Below are positions 37,714 through 46,401 of a DNA stretch of 51,370 bases, one piece after another. Where the stretch lies: NCBI GenBank assembly GCA_964636085.1, contig CAZWPQ010000006.1, forward strand, positions 14,075-65,444, written 5' to 3'. Numbering within the stretch: the stretch's first letter is position 1; each line of letters opens with the position of its first letter. The translations under genes were made by a program, and so were the position numbers. The DNA comes from an uncultured Nitrososphaerota archaeon. GTDB taxonomy: Archaea > Asgardarchaeota > Njordarchaeia > Njordarchaeales > Panguiarchaeaceae. Below the pieces are notes generated by a model, which made no database searches, was not told the DNA's origin, and worked only from the letters and a program-made list of their open reading frames with translations.

Positions 37714-38301
37714 CTACCCAGTAAATAGTACTGCTTGCTCATATCCCATCCTTGCAGCACTTGTGTTTTTCTCTACATACTCGGGCCTATCTTTCCAAGT
37801 GTTTTTAATAGCCTTTACCAGAGAATCCAATGACGGTAGTCCTACAAGACGTGAAAATGCACCCAACATAGCTGTATTAGGAATAACCAGTCCAGCTCTC
37901 TTTAGCCCCAAGTCTAGTGCTATCTGAGTAGCATCACAACCTCCAATCCTCAATTTTTTATTGCTTGGAATGTAATCCTTGATCGCATCTAGATTAGGGG
38001 CATTTACTATTAGTAGACCCCCCTCCTTGATTTCATCCATAATATTGACAACACCTAGCAGCTCTACAGAAAAAACGACTGCAACGTCTGGATTATAGAC
38101 AAAATGGTGATACTTTATATATTCGTCAGCTATACGATTATAGGCCCTAACTGGCGCGCCTCTACGTTCAGCACCAAAGAATATTATTGACTGACAGTAC
38201 TTATTTTCATGAATTAGTGCATCTACAAGAAGCCTTGAGGCGAAAACAACTCCCTGCCCTCCACGACCAAGCCAACTAATTTCAATCATTACAATCACCA
38301 A
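37714..38301 (-). CDS. porG: 2-oxoacid:ferredoxin oxidoreductase gamma subunit
   Basis: GRGGQG, FGAERRGAPV and NTAMLGA. Confidence 0.93.
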   Translation of the reverse strand: MVIVMIEISWLGRGGQGVVFASRLLVDALIHENKYCQSIIFFGAERRGAPVRAYNRIADEYIKYHHFVYNPDVAVVFSVELLGVVNIMDEIKEGGLLIVNAPNLDAIKDYIPSNKKLRIGGCDATQIALDLGLKRAGLVIPNTAMLGAFSRLVGLPSLDSLVKAIKNTWKDRPEYVEKNTSAARMGYEQAVLFTG

Positions 38302-38450
38302 GACTTAGGATCGAAAAACAAAATTTAATGGGGGATATTAAAAATAGATTTTCCTAGTACTTCTCCTATCCCCATAGATGATCTATTGTTTTAGAATACT
38401 ACACCAAATACAAAGACACACTCATTATAAAATGGAATTAAGTAAATGAT

Positions 38451-39599
38451 ATGGTGAGCAAATTGCCTAGAACACTTGCTCTTACTGGAGATGAGGCAAT
38501 AGCATGGGGAGCAAAAGTCAGTAGAGTAGAAGTAATAGCAGCGTATCCTATAACCCCCCAGACGGTTATTGTAGAAAAGCTAAGCGAATGGGTTGAAAAA
38601 GGAGAACTTGATGCTGAATATGTACGGGTTGAGAGCGAACATTCTGCGATGTCCACAATAATTGGTGCATCAGCGGCAGGAGCGAGAGCATTTACGGCAA
38701 CTGCGTCCCACGGCTTCTTTTATATGTATGAAATGATATCATTTGCCGCAGGTGCACGTGTGCCTGTTGTCATGGCATGTGTAAATAGACTTGTGGGCCC
38801 TCCCTGGAACATCTGGGCCGACTGGCATGACGCTCTTGCAGCGCGAGACCTAGGATGGATACAGCTCTGGGTATCCAATAACCAGGAGGCGTTCGATTCC
38901 ATTATTCAGGCATATAGGGTTGCGGAGGATAAAAACGTTATACTTCCTGCCATGGTTATTATTGAAGGTTTCGTTCTCTCCCATACAATGACCCCTGTCG
39001 TTATCCATGACCAAGATAAAATCGATGAATTCTTGCCTCCCTATGACCCGCCCCACTATAATATAAACCCAGAGGTTTCTGAGGCATTTACCTTTGGCAA
39101 CATTGTTTGGCCTTGGGACACATCTCCCCTACGTTGGTCCATACATAAGGCTATGCAAAACGCTAAATCGGTCATTGAGAAGGTAGCTAAGGAGTTTATG
39201 GAAATTTTTGGTTATTATCATGGAGGCCTAATTAAGGAGTATAAACTTGATGATGCCGATGTTGCCATAGTCTCTATGTCCTCAATTGCCGAAACTGCTG
39301 AAGTTGTTGTCGACGAGTTAAGAAAGGAAGGAATAAAAACTGGCGTATTGAAAGTGAGGGTATTAAGACCTTTCCCTGACGAAGAAATAGTCAAGGCATT
39401 GAAAGATAAAAGTGCCGTTGTGGTTATAGACAGAGATCTAAGTTTAGGTTATGATGGCGTACTTGGTATAGAGGTTAGAAGTGCTCTGCAGAAGCATAGG
39501 GTTGATATACCAGTATTCTGCAGAAGTATGGGGCTTGGTGGAGATGAAATTCTTCCCCAACATATCAAAAATGCAGTTCTGGAGGTGATTAAGAAATGA
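38451..39599 (+). CDS. porA: 2-oxoacid:ferredoxin oxidoreductase alpha subunit
   Basis: AYPITPQT, VESEHSAM, NR...PWNIWAD and RPFP. Confidence 0.94.
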   Translation: MVSKLPRTLALTGDEAIAWGAKVSRVEVIAAYPITPQTVIVEKLSEWVEKGELDAEYVRVESEHSAMSTIIGASAAGARAFTATASHGFFYMYEMISFAAGARVPVVMACVNRLVGPPWNIWADWHDALAARDLGWIQLWVSNNQEAFDSIIQAYRVAEDKNVILPAMVIIEGFVLSHTMTPVVIHDQDKIDEFLPPYDPPHYNINPEVSEAFTFGNIVWPWDTSPLRWSIHKAMQNAKSVIEKVAKEFMEIFGYYHGGLIKEYKLDDADVAIVSMSSIAETAEVVVDELRKEGIKTGVLKVRVLRPFPDEEIVKALKDKSAVVVIDRDLSLGYDGVLGIEVRSALQKHRVDIPVFCRSMGLGGDEILPQHIKNAVLEVIKK

Positions 39600-40513
39600 G
39601 TATAAAAGAGATCATAGAAAAACCAGAATTGCTTTATAAGGGACATAGTGCATGCCCAGGTTGCCCGTCATCTATGGCCCTAAGGATAGCACTCAAAGCA
39701 CTAGGTAAGAATACAATACTGATTATTCCAGCTAGCTGTAGCTCTGTATACCAAGGTATCTATCCACATTCGGCATTCGCTGTTATGACATATAACGTAG
39801 CATTTGCGAGCGCAGCAGCAGTAGCATCAGGCATTAGACACGCACTATCTAAAAAAGGATATAAGGATGTCAACGTCGTAGTATGGGGAGGGGATGGCGG
39901 TCTTGTAGATATAGGAGCTGCGACGGTCTCTGGTGCTGCCGAAAGAGGCGAAGATATAATCACTATCTGCTACGACAATGAGGCATACATGAATACTGGG
40001 ATTCAGCGCAGTGGTGCGTCACCACCTGGGGCATGGACAACCACAACACCAACTGGTAAAAATCAAATCAAGAAACCAATGCCTTTCATACTACTAACAC
40101 ACGGAGCCAGATATGTTGCTACAGCGTCAGTTGGATATCCACTAGATCTATACAAGAAAGTAAAGAGGGCTGCCGAGTTAAAAGGACAAGGTTTTAGATA
40201 TATCCATATACTCGCGCCAGACCCACCAGGTTGGAGATTCGATGCCTCACTAACCGCTAAACTTGGCAAACTAGCAGTCGAAACAGGTTTTTGGCCCCTC
40301 TGGGAGGCAGAAGTAATCGAGGGGAACATCAAATTTAAGTTAACTCCCCCAAGCGACCGCTTGATAGATCCAAGCAAGAGGAAGCCTCTTGACGAATTCA
40401 TCAAGTATCAGGGGCGTTTCCGTGTCGCTAAGGAAATTCACAAAGAGTTACTTAAACAACAAATTGATTTCTACTGGAATCTCGTTAAGGCATTTTTATC
40501 AACCACTACATAG
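39596..40513 (+). CDS. porB: 2-oxoacid:ferredoxin oxidoreductase beta subunit
   Basis: ACPGC and TPP motif GGDGG...YDNEAYMNTGIQRS. Confidence 0.94.
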   Translation: MSIKEIIEKPELLYKGHSACPGCPSSMALRIALKALGKNTILIIPASCSSVYQGIYPHSAFAVMTYNVAFASAAAVASGIRHALSKKGYKDVNVVVWGGDGGLVDIGAATVSGAAERGEDIITICYDNEAYMNTGIQRSGASPPGAWTTTTPTGKNQIKKPMPFILLTHGARYVATASVGYPLDLYKKVKRAAELKGQGFRYIHILAPDPPGWRFDASLTAKLGKLAVETGFWPLWEAEVIEGNIKFKLTPPSDRLIDPSKRKPLDEFIKYQGRFRVAKEIHKELLKQQIDFYWNLVKAFLSTTT

Positions 40514-40553
40514 TACAACATAGTTATTTTTTTACCAATAATGGGGATAATAT

Positions 40554-41228
40554 GTGGTTGAGCCGCTTGATGGTGATATAGTCGATAGTATACTGAAGTT
40601 AAGTCCATTAGTCGTATATGGAGAGCAGGGGGTGGGGAGAACCATTTTTCTTTATCAACTTGCATTCTCGCTACTACACAGGGATTTTAATGTTTTCTTT
40701 CTTACCTCCGATATTTCGTATCGGGTGATCAAATCATATCTAAGAATCGCCACAGATTTCTATACCCCGAGAATATATGTCTTTGCTGAGTTTTCTCTTA
40801 GCGATCGTATCAGATGCCTAACAGATGTCCTAGAAGACATAATAATGTCGAGTCCTAGTAAAGTAAGTATAATTTTTGATGATTTCCTTCCTACGCACAT
40901 ACAATTATCCCGCATGATCGATGAAACAACCTCGTGTTCCATCGCAAAACTGCTCTTTTGGCTCAATTTCCTGGCTAGGAGCAAGTTTTGCTATCCTATT
41001 GTTTGTTCTGTCCTCGAGAATACTAAAAGTAGCTTGCCTTTTAAGGCTAGATTCTATAGGTCATATGGCTTCAATTTCTTGAGAATCTACAAAATCTCCC
41101 GTATTAGAATCTTTAGAAAATCAATAATTCCAGGAGAGAGGGTTGGTCAAGAAGACCAAGAGGACCTAGGAATGGCTATCATAACCAATAATGGTTTCAT
41201 ATTTGAAAAAACCAAAGCTACATCATAG
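40554..41228 (+). CDS. Divergent RecA/RadB-like P-loop protein
   Basis: VVYGEQGVGRTIFLYQ (Walker A Lys replaced by Arg) and IIFDD Walker B. Confidence 0.6.
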   Translation: MVEPLDGDIVDSILKLSPLVVYGEQGVGRTIFLYQLAFSLLHRDFNVFFLTSDISYRVIKSYLRIATDFYTPRIYVFAEFSLSDRIRCLTDVLEDIIMSSPSKVSIIFDDFLPTHIQLSRMIDETTSCSIAKLLFWLNFLARSKFCYPIVCSVLENTKSSLPFKARFYRSYGFNFLRIYKISRIRIFRKSIIPGERVGQEDQEDLGMAIITNNGFIFEKTKATS

Positions 41229-41583
41229 GAATTTTCAGTTGGACCCAGACATCCTCAGGTACTGGAAGAGAAGCAATTAATGTGAGGTCCCTCGGGGAAA
41301 TTTCACAAACTATTAATCTTCTATGAATATTCAAAACAAAGTGATCATAAGTCTCTGATCCTTGGCCACATGGCGATCTCCTTGTATGAATCCATAAACG
41401 CTTTGTTGGTAATCTTACAAAGCTAACTTTATACTGTCGACTTCTTAGTGCTTTTACAATACTTTCACAGAGACGATCCAAACCCCTATAGTCTAGACCC
41501 ATGAGTCTGATATACACTCTCCTCAATGTTTTTCTTGGTCTCGGTCTTCTATATGGTCTTCTAGGCCTTCTTTGCTGCAACAT
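41218..41583 (-). CDS. rps10: 30S ribosomal protein uS10
   Basis: RLPTKRL...RRSPCGQGSETYDHF...IHRRLI. Confidence 0.95.
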   Translation of the reverse strand: MLQQRRPRRPYRRPRPRKTLRRVYIRLMGLDYRGLDRLCESIVKALRSRQYKVSFVRLPTKRLWIHTRRSPCGQGSETYDHFVLNIHRRLIVCEISPRDLTLIASLPVPEDVWVQLKIPMM

Positions 41584-41677
41584 TTACCCCCCATGATTTC
41601 TTCATATCCCTCTCTAATCCAAAATATGTCTTTTTTAAGTTTATCGTTTGTCCTTTATATTTAGCTAGTCGCCCCGA

Positions 41678-42136
41678 TTGAGAATGTCTAGAAAATATGA
41701 GAGGATCGCTAGGAAATTCTGGATATTCTGGAGGGATATCCTATTCTGTTTGGTAAATGACAATGGATGTATAATCGTTGAGGGGGAGAAGGATGCACGT
41801 ATACTTATGAACCTAGATGTGCCTCCCGACAAAATAGTAACTATAGGTGACAGATCCATTGAGATCGTGGCCGAGGAGGTTTCGAGTCATTTTGATATTG
41901 CCTATATTTTCACAGATCTCGATCGATCTGGAAATATTAAAGCCAGAAAACTATTACTGTTTCTTCAAGACAAAAAAATAAGAGTGGTCGATCTCCGATT
42001 AAAGTTCCGACATTATCTTTCGAGATTCGGATTCAAGTCGCTAGGTAAAATAGAGGAATTAAAAACATTTTCTCGATATATCTCGCGACCTAATGACCTT
42101 ATTATAAAGACGCTTAGGAGGAGACTATATCATTAA
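41678..42136 (+). CDS. Small Toprim-domain protein
   Basis: IIVEGEKD and TDLDRSG Toprim motifs. Confidence 0.85.
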   Translation: MRMSRKYERIARKFWIFWRDILFCLVNDNGCIIVEGEKDARILMNLDVPPDKIVTIGDRSIEIVAEEVSSHFDIAYIFTDLDRSGNIKARKLLLFLQDKKIRVVDLRLKFRHYLSRFGFKSLGKIEELKTFSRYISRPNDLIIKTLRRRLYH

Positions 42137-44153
42137 AGTCCACGATTTTCTTAAGATCTTCTTCTTTTACTCCGATCTCAGCACTTAAGTTCTTAATAAC
42201 GACTCTGATATCCTTCGTTACCTTATATATTCTCTTTGCTTTCTCAGCGATCTTCTCCGTGTTGTACAGGACGAAGCTAAGCGGCCACTCTATAAATTCT
42301 GAAAAGTCCTTACCATACCTAATTATTAGTGGGTCTTTCACCTGTATTTTAAGGTCATCTGAATGTACACTTGGTCGAATAGTTATATTTTCCATAGTTC
42401 GCCCCCTTATCTTCCCCTCATGTTTTACTTTCAATATACCAGAACATTCAATAATATACGGAATATCTATACTCGAGTTGTTTATCAATTTGATTTTGAT
42501 CATATCATTTGTAGTCATGACACCACTATATTTAATATCCACACCTATTGTCCGTATCGGCATAAGGAAAAATTTGTACTGTTTTAATAATTCTCTTCTG
42601 TTTCGAACAATTTTCTCGATAGTTATCAATACTGGGAATGGCACCGTTTTGTCGTGAGCTACAGTCAATTCTATCTTTCCGTCGGTTGTTACTTTTTTAC
42701 TAAGAAGTTCTAGAACATCTGAAGTTACCTCAATCCTCGTTCTTTTTGTAACATTTATATCAGCTATCAGTATCTTATCCAAACTTGCTAAGGACACGAC
42801 CTCAACAAATGAGTCTAGTTTTCCGATGGATGGAACAAATATATTACTTTCCAGCAGTTTATCTTTGTGCTTAATAACGTGAATCTTTACCAATTTTCCA
42901 GCATACTTAACTTTGAATGGCAGTTTATAATAAATTACCGATTTTTTATCATGAGTTTTCTTTGAGTATTCTCTCTTTTTGCTATCTATTTCTATAATAG
43001 GCTCTACATTTATTCTAGAGCCAGCTGGAAGTACTGCTTTTATTATTCCACTAGTATATTTCATATCATTAAACTCTACGTGAAGCCTTGGAATAACAAT
43101 CATGCAGGCTAATGTCTCTTTATTTGTCCTCATTATTATATCTCCATCCCCATAACCAAGTATATCGCCGAAAATCACGCCGTGGTGAGAATTTATTGTA
43201 TCCATCTGTATTGTCTTGCCTGATTCAACGAAATATGTTTTTCCCAAATTATCCACAATAAATATCTCATTCCGCCCATTTCCATCGACATCATGATATG
43301 AAACAGATAAGGGATTTGATGCCAACTTAATCTTTCTAATGGAGGTAAACCTCTGTTTCTCTTGATCATACTTATATATGGAGACCCTATCACCAATCCA
43401 TGACCCGGCTATAAGCTCATCGTTTATGTCCCCATCAATGTCAATCATCCCTGTTAACATAAACTTTCCAGCACTTTTTGACCTAATTTTTTGAATAATT
43501 TTGAAATCATCATCATACAAAGATATAAACGACTCACACCCTACTGCTACGATTCCTCTACTGAACTTTTTAAGCTCCCCGTAAGCCACTGATAGCGTTG
43601 CTGAATCCATTTTCATTCGTTTAATTCTAGAACCGTCTAATGAGTACATATCGATAAGTTGGCCATGAGAAACTAGAACCATTTCTTTTTTCTCTATGTA
43701 CGCAATAGAATTTGACCATGGATTTACAGCGTTATTTTTTTCCCAGTTAATATCCCCATCATACGAAATCGACACCAAATTCCCCTTTAAATCAGACACA
43801 AGCACACTATCATACTTGCCCCAACGCCTTATTGGGTATATCTTAGTGATCCAAGATTTTAGATTTATTGTCCACTCTTTCTTGCCAGTTAGATCAAACG
43901 CTATAAGTTTTCTATGGAAGGACGCCACTATTATATATGGTTTTCCAAGACTGTCATTTAATATTTGCACATTCTCGCATGGATATTCCTGTCTCTCAGA
44001 TTTCCAAAAAACCTCACCATTTCCAGACAGAACATATATTCTCGAGTCCCATGACGCAACGACAACCTCGTCCGTCCCTCCACCATCGATATCCGCGGTA
44101 TCTAATGCTCTTATTTCGGCGGGAAATTTTTTCTCCCAGACCTTGACTAACAT
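42114..44153 (-). CDS. FG-GAP beta-propeller protein with C-terminal beta-sandwich domains
   Basis: Repeated D-(I/V)-D-G-x-G-x-x-E loops (DIDGGGTDE, DIDGDINDE, DVDGNGRNE) in the first ~350 aa; beta-rich C-terminal half; no signal peptide. Confidence 0.75.
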   Translation of the reverse strand: MLVKVWEKKFPAEIRALDTADIDGGGTDEVVVASWDSRIYVLSGNGEVFWKSERQEYPCENVQILNDSLGKPYIIVASFHRKLIAFDLTGKKEWTINLKSWITKIYPIRRWGKYDSVLVSDLKGNLVSISYDGDINWEKNNAVNPWSNSIAYIEKKEMVLVSHGQLIDMYSLDGSRIKRMKMDSATLSVAYGELKKFSRGIVAVGCESFISLYDDDFKIIQKIRSKSAGKFMLTGMIDIDGDINDELIAGSWIGDRVSIYKYDQEKQRFTSIRKIKLASNPLSVSYHDVDGNGRNEIFIVDNLGKTYFVESGKTIQMDTINSHHGVIFGDILGYGDGDIIMRTNKETLACMIVIPRLHVEFNDMKYTSGIIKAVLPAGSRINVEPIIEIDSKKREYSKKTHDKKSVIYYKLPFKVKYAGKLVKIHVIKHKDKLLESNIFVPSIGKLDSFVEVVSLASLDKILIADINVTKRTRIEVTSDVLELLSKKVTTDGKIELTVAHDKTVPFPVLITIEKIVRNRRELLKQYKFFLMPIRTIGVDIKYSGVMTTNDMIKIKLINNSSIDIPYIIECSGILKVKHEGKIRGRTMENITIRPSVHSDDLKIQVKDPLIIRYGKDFSEFIEWPLSFVLYNTEKIAEKAKRIYKVTKDIRVVIKNLSAEIGVKEEDLKKIVDFNDIVSS

Positions 44154-44232
44154 TATTGGTAACCCTACCTACATAGGTTAATATTTTTTGATGCTTTTAT
44201 TTCATGTATCTTATATTATACTAATGCTCTCG

Positions 44233-44287
44233 ATGATGAGGTTCGGCCTGCGGAGTGCACCACAATGAAGAGGATCTTGAGTGCTGA
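44233..44287 (+). ncRNA. Box C/D guide sRNA targeting tRNA-Leu(CAA) C34 and the pre-tRNA-Met intron
   Basis: ATGATGA-GGTTCGGCCTG-CGGA-GTGCACCACA-ATGAAGA-GGATCTTGAGTG-CTGA. Guides are complementary to 46155-46165 and 46350-46360. Confidence 0.92.
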
Positions 44288-44317
44288 TACTAAAAATATA
44301 TTACGAGTTGATTCCTT

Positions 44318-44785
44318 CTACATGTTTTCCTCGATTTTGATAATTCGTCTCGCTTTTGTAGACGAGTCTATCCTTGAGTAGAATTTCGGTAATCTGATTA
44401 CTCTGAGATTCATACCTCTCCTCCTTGCCCATGCCAGTATATCCTCCTCCTTAACATTCTGATCGTAACCTAGGGCAATAATGTCGGGTTTTATTTCTTC
44501 AATTATGTCTAGGATATTACTGCCTTTCTTTCCCAATACGGCCTTATCCACGGGCTTAAGTTCTTGCACAATTTCTAGTCTTTCTTTTTCATCGAATATA
44601 GGTTCCCTTTTTTTGATTTTTTTTACAGTAGAATTCCTAGCCACAACAACTACAAGTTCTGAATTCTCAGCCAATTTTTTAGCTGCTTTTAGAAACCTAA
44701 TATGACCTACATGAATTATGTCAAATGTGCCCGCGACCAAAATACGCACTCTTTTATTTACATTCATAACCGTCACTCTAGACAA
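44318..44785 (-). CDS. ribL: FAD synthase (cytidylyltransferase-like)
   Basis: GTFDIIHVGH, VVVAR, KPDIIALGYDQ and SSTK. Confidence 0.88.
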   Translation of the reverse strand: MSRVTVMNVNKRVRILVAGTFDIIHVGHIRFLKAAKKLAENSELVVVVARNSTVKKIKKREPIFDEKERLEIVQELKPVDKAVLGKKGSNILDIIEEIKPDIIALGYDQNVKEEDILAWARRRGMNLRVIRLPKFYSRIDSSTKARRIIKIEENM

Positions 44786-45186
44786 TTCTGTATATCCATC
44801 ATTATATGCCTTAGTATTACCTCCCTACTCTCACCATAATTTAATTTTTTGGTTATCTGCCTATCAACCAGTAAGATCATACATGCAATTATGTGAGCAC
44901 AGAATTTTCGCTTATCTCTCCTCATTACAATATTGTAAAAAAAGTCGGGGCAAGAACAATAGAAATCCCCATTTATTCTACATACCCAATATGAAGACAA
45001 CTCTCCCTTCACTACGAAGAGATCCATGGAATTAGTATGATATATCACCTCGATTCTACCACCCCGTCTATATTTTAACCCTTTTGTATAAATTTCATGA
45101 AACTCTGTTTTGTATTTCCTCAATATGTTTAATACTTCCCCAATGTAGTCTACATGTATTCCCAGTTCGCCTCCTAAGTATGACAT
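44773..45186 (-). CDS. SWIM zinc-finger protein
   Basis: FYCSCPDF...CAHIIA. Confidence 0.85.
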   Translation of the reverse strand: MSYLGGELGIHVDYIGEVLNILRKYKTEFHEIYTKGLKYRRGGRIEVIYHTNSMDLFVVKGELSSYWVCRINGDFYCSCPDFFYNIVMRRDKRKFCAHIIACMILLVDRQITKKLNYGESREVILRHIMMDIQNCLE

Positions 45187-45233
45187 GAAAGTAATGGCGA
45201 GATTAATTAATCAAATTTAAGAAGAATCCATAA

Positions 45234-45980
45234 CTATCTAACCTTCTTTCTTCTCTTCTCCAAAGCTTCCCTCAACTCAAATATCAACTGCATCCTAGCA
45301 GGCAACGCTGGGGCCCGAGGAGCTTGAGGCGCAGGTGCTGGAGCAGGCTGTTGTGTTGGCGCGGTTGGTGGTGAAGCCCCGCCAACAGATTGTTGCGATT
45401 GTTGCGCAGAGACCACTGATGGCGCGGATGCAGGTGCAGGCTGGGGAACTTGTGTTTGTTGAATTGGTGGCGCAGGAGGGGTAGGGACCGATGGTGCCGA
45501 TACCGAAGGAGAGGGAGGGGCCTGAGGTTGCGGGGAGGCTTGGGGGATTGAAGGCTGAGTTTGCGGCGGAGGAGGTGGAGGTTGTTGAAGAGAAGGCACC
45601 GCCGACTTAGGTTGTGATGAAGAAACAGGTGGGGTAGCCGCTTGTTCGGGTGTAGGAGGAGCAGGGGGTGGTGTTGGAGGTGGCCTGGGGCCCGATACTT
45701 CAACTGTCTCTGCTTTGGATAATTCTGCTGGTTTGGCACCAACCCGTGTACGTTTTTTAAGTACATCTATGGGCTCCTCGCCCAGAACTACTGCTTCCAC
45801 TAAGTCCATTCTTTCTTCTAGATCATCTAGAGTGCTATGAAGTGTATTTATAATATCGATCATCACCATAACGGCTTCTCTCATAAATACATCCAGATCG
45901 CTAACAACAGAAGCCAACATATCATACCTTCGCTTTAGCTCTATTGCCTCCTTCGCCAATTTTTCAATCTTAATAACCAT
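45234..45980 (-). CDS. Coiled-coil / proline-rich protein with C-terminal WH2-like helix
   Basis: N-terminal heptad region, ~130 aa rich in P/Q/A/S including PPPPPP, and terminal ARMQLIFELREALEKRRKKVR. Confidence 0.75.
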   Translation of the reverse strand: MVIKIEKLAKEAIELKRRYDMLASVVSDLDVFMREAVMVMIDIINTLHSTLDDLEERMDLVEAVVLGEEPIDVLKKRTRVGAKPAELSKAETVEVSGPRPPPTPPPAPPTPEQAATPPVSSSQPKSAVPSLQQPPPPPPQTQPSIPQASPQPQAPPSPSVSAPSVPTPPAPPIQQTQVPQPAPASAPSVVSAQQSQQSVGGASPPTAPTQQPAPAPAPQAPRAPALPARMQLIFELREALEKRRKKVR

Positions 45981-46101
45981 CTTAGTTCACTTTGATGAAT
46001 AATATCAACAAAAAATAAACACAAAAAATTTAAAAAAATATTAATCATTTTGTTTTTGATTGGAAAATTCGAACATTGTTATGGGCACAGCTACAAACAG
46101 C

Positions 46102-46203
46102 GCCGCCGTGGCGTAGGGGCTTGCGCGCCGGACTCATATATCCAAGGTGAAACACAGGCCGAACCAAATCCGGAGGTCGCGGGTTCGAGTCCCGCCGGCG
46201 GCA
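46102..46203 (+). tRNA. tRNA-Met(CAT), elongator type, with 29-nt intron at 37/38 (46139-46167)
   Basis: GCCGCCG/CGGCGGC-A, CCGGA-CTCATA^A-TCCGG and T arm GCGGG-TTCGAGT-CCCGC. Confidence 0.9.
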
Positions 46204-46220
46204 TTATAGAAAACACATTA

Positions 46221-46293
46221 GGGCCGGTGGCCTAGAGGCTATGGCGTCCCGTTGACGACGGGGAGGTCGGCGGTTCAAATCCGCCCCGGCCCA
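46221..46293 (+). tRNA. tRNA-Val(GAC)
   Basis: GGGCCGG/CCGGCCC-A and TCCCG-TTGACGA-CGGGG; no intron. Confidence 0.95.
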
Positions 46294-46302
46294 TCAAGAT
46301 GT

Positions 46303-46401
46303 GCGGGGGTTCCGGAGCGGCTAAACGGGCGGGACAGTCATTCTGCCCGACTCAAGATCCCGTGGCGTATGCCTTCGCGGGTTCAAATCCCGCCCCCCGC
46401 A
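46303..46401 (+). tRNA. tRNA-Leu(CAA) with 16-nt non-canonical intron (about 46336-46351, position 32/33)
   Basis: GCGGGGG/CCCCCGC-A; long variable arm; after splicing CGGGA-CTCAAGA-TCCCG. The CGGG/CCCG helix with AC^A and AC^T bulges gives the right excision. Confidence 0.92.

Noticed and set aside
45284-45766. 160-aa His/Leu/Arg-rich ORF
   Set aside because: Alternative frame of the proline-rich gene.
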